Assembly: GCF_044704955.1 (NCBI RefSeq)
Contig: NW_027251843.1
Span: forward strand, 124,001-188,000
DNA: 64,000 nt
Direction of reading: 5' to 3'
Origin: Pristiophorus japonicus
Lineage: Eukaryota
The stretch's first letter is position 1, and each line of letters starts with the position of its first letter. This document shows, in pieces, positions 62,501-64,000 of this stretch. A program made the position numbers and the translations under genes. The notes under the pieces are model-generated. The model searched no databases. It was not told the origin of the DNA and saw only the letters and a list, made by a program, of their open reading frames with translations.

Positions 62501-63355
62501 CCAGTTTTACAAGGAAAGACTAGCAGAACACAGAAGCTAGCAGAACACAGACTCGAACAAGGAACAGACTGGAACACAGACACAGACACAAGCAGCTGGA
62601 GCTGGGGAGTGAAGAAATGGAGTAGTGAAGGAAACTTCAAGAAATCATCAAGGACCGACCAACCAAAACCTACTCAGCAAAAACCGAAGAATCGACATTT
62701 ATTTCCACTCTACAATCTACTTCTGAACAGCCAACGGGTGAGAAATTACCTAAAAGGACTAACTAAAACCAAAGAAAGTGGGTACTTACCCCATACATCC
62801 GAAACGCAACTTACCGCATTAACGGACGCACCCCAACTGAAGACTACGCAGTCCGAAGTCCTCACCTCCGTCCGGGGTGTGGCTTGCCCAGAAGGCCAAG
62901 TGCAGAGAACCCCGAAACCGTGATTCACCGGCAACTGTCTGAAGGGATTGGTGAGCATCGCCCATGAACCCTCAGAGCTATAGCTTAGTTAGTTAGGGGA
63001 ATTGGGAGGGGAGAGGCTGGGATAACTTGTGTAAATATAGCTGCATTCTCCTTTTTACCCCATTTAGAGTTTAAGCTGTATTCTTTTCCCCACAGGCTGT
63101 AATTTGACATTTTATTCAATGTGTTGTACCCCTCAGTGTGTATTGGTCTGTGTGTGTTATTAAAGGGTTGCCTTTTACTTCTTTTTAAACACAATAAAGC
63201 CATACCTGCTTCCTACCTTGAAACCAATTGTCTGTCCAAGTCTGTCACAGTCCCTTCATAATTCCAGTGTCTAGAACCAAGGGTGTGGGAGCGATTCGGA
63301 ACCACTCATATAAGGTCAGAAGGGAAAGCTGACCCCCTGAAAACCACCCCTTACA
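53581..63355 (+). mobile_element. Env-less dual-RNase H retrovirus-like element, copy 2 (5' LTR truncated, solo LTR nested in RT)
   Basis: Partial LTR 53581-53843, PBS 53847-53864, gag to TGA 55638-55640, pol to ~61362 and 3' LTR 61923-63355. Collinear with copy 1. Confidence 0.95.
56710..58255 (+). mobile_element. Solo LTR of the same family inserted into RT of copy 2
   Basis: TGTAG...TTACA, 1546 bp. Splits CAG TAT | GTG GAT GAT with 4 extra bases (ATGT vs left GTAT). Confidence 0.93.
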
Positions 63356-63499
63356 CGGTGAAATATCCAATTACCTCAATGATACAATTAATGAATAAAC
63401 AGAATAACTGAGCACAGCCCAGAGGCGGGTGCCAGTGTTTCCAGTCGAGGAATGTAATATTTCGCCCCAGACTTCCATCCACTGAATTACACCAGGAAT

Positions 63500-63905
63500 G
63501 GCTGGTGATCTGATAATGGCTGCCCATGTCCTAACTCACAGCAGATCCCAATACCCCATTACACCTGTGCTCGCTGACCTACATGTGCTCCCTGTCGAAC
63601 AATGCCTCAATTTTAATATCATCATCCTTGTTTACAAATTTCTTCATGGCCTCTGTCAGGTCCACCAGCTCTGTGACTTTGTGAGCTCTCTGTGTTTCTC
63701 TAAACCTGGCATCTTTCACATCCCCAAATGTTAACTACTCCACCATTGGCAGCCGTGCTTTCGGCTGCCTGTGCCCCAAGCTCTGGGACTCCCTCCCTAA
63801 ACCTCCATACCTCTCGAGCTCTCCTCCTCCTTTAAGATGCTCCTTAAAAATTACCTATTTGACCAAGCTTCTTTCCAAAACCTACTTAAGGGCCTCGGTG
63901 TCAAT
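63500..63905 (+). mobile_element. L2-clade LINE 3' fragment
   Basis: ITPVLADLHVLPV...YKFLHGL and PKLWDSLP-like segments. Confidence 0.75.
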
Positions 63906-64000
63906 GTTTCCTGAATTCCCTATTGGATTTATTAATGACTGTCTTAAATCTATTTGGTTAAGTTCTGGTCTCTCCTGCAAGTGGAGAGAGCTTCTCTCCC

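Overview
Vertebrate genomic DNA, almost certainly from a cartilaginous fish (shark), and overwhelmingly transposon-derived. The only host gene I can support is one immunoglobulin light-chain constant exon (15000-15328, +), resembling shark kappa/NS4 type, with an in-frame TGA as its first full codon. No V or J segment is visible in the window. The most interesting residents are two decayed proviral copies (4356-13992 and 53581-63355) and a nested solo LTR (56710-58255) of an env-less, retrovirus-like LTR element. It has ~1.5-kb LTRs, a 4-bp TSD, a tRNA-Arg PBS, Gag with a CCHC knuckle and a C-terminal PSAP motif, and a Gag-Pol junction formed by an in-frame UGA-CUAG. Its RT carries retroviral-type motifs (LDISNGFW, LPQGFHNSP, YVDD), and it has two RNase H domains: a dead Ty3/Gypsy-like one followed by a retroviral-like one. 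Other LTR elements are a deleted class I (epsilon-like) ERV with env and a tRNA-Gln PBS (22383-29476, -), two Gypsy elements (one with a 2.8-kb 24-bp repeat expansion inside pol) and a related solo LTR. The rest is CR1, L2, RTE and Penelope fragments, DeuSINE-type SINEs, several minisatellites and a 156-N gap. All family assignments come from motif recognition by eye, not from database searches.
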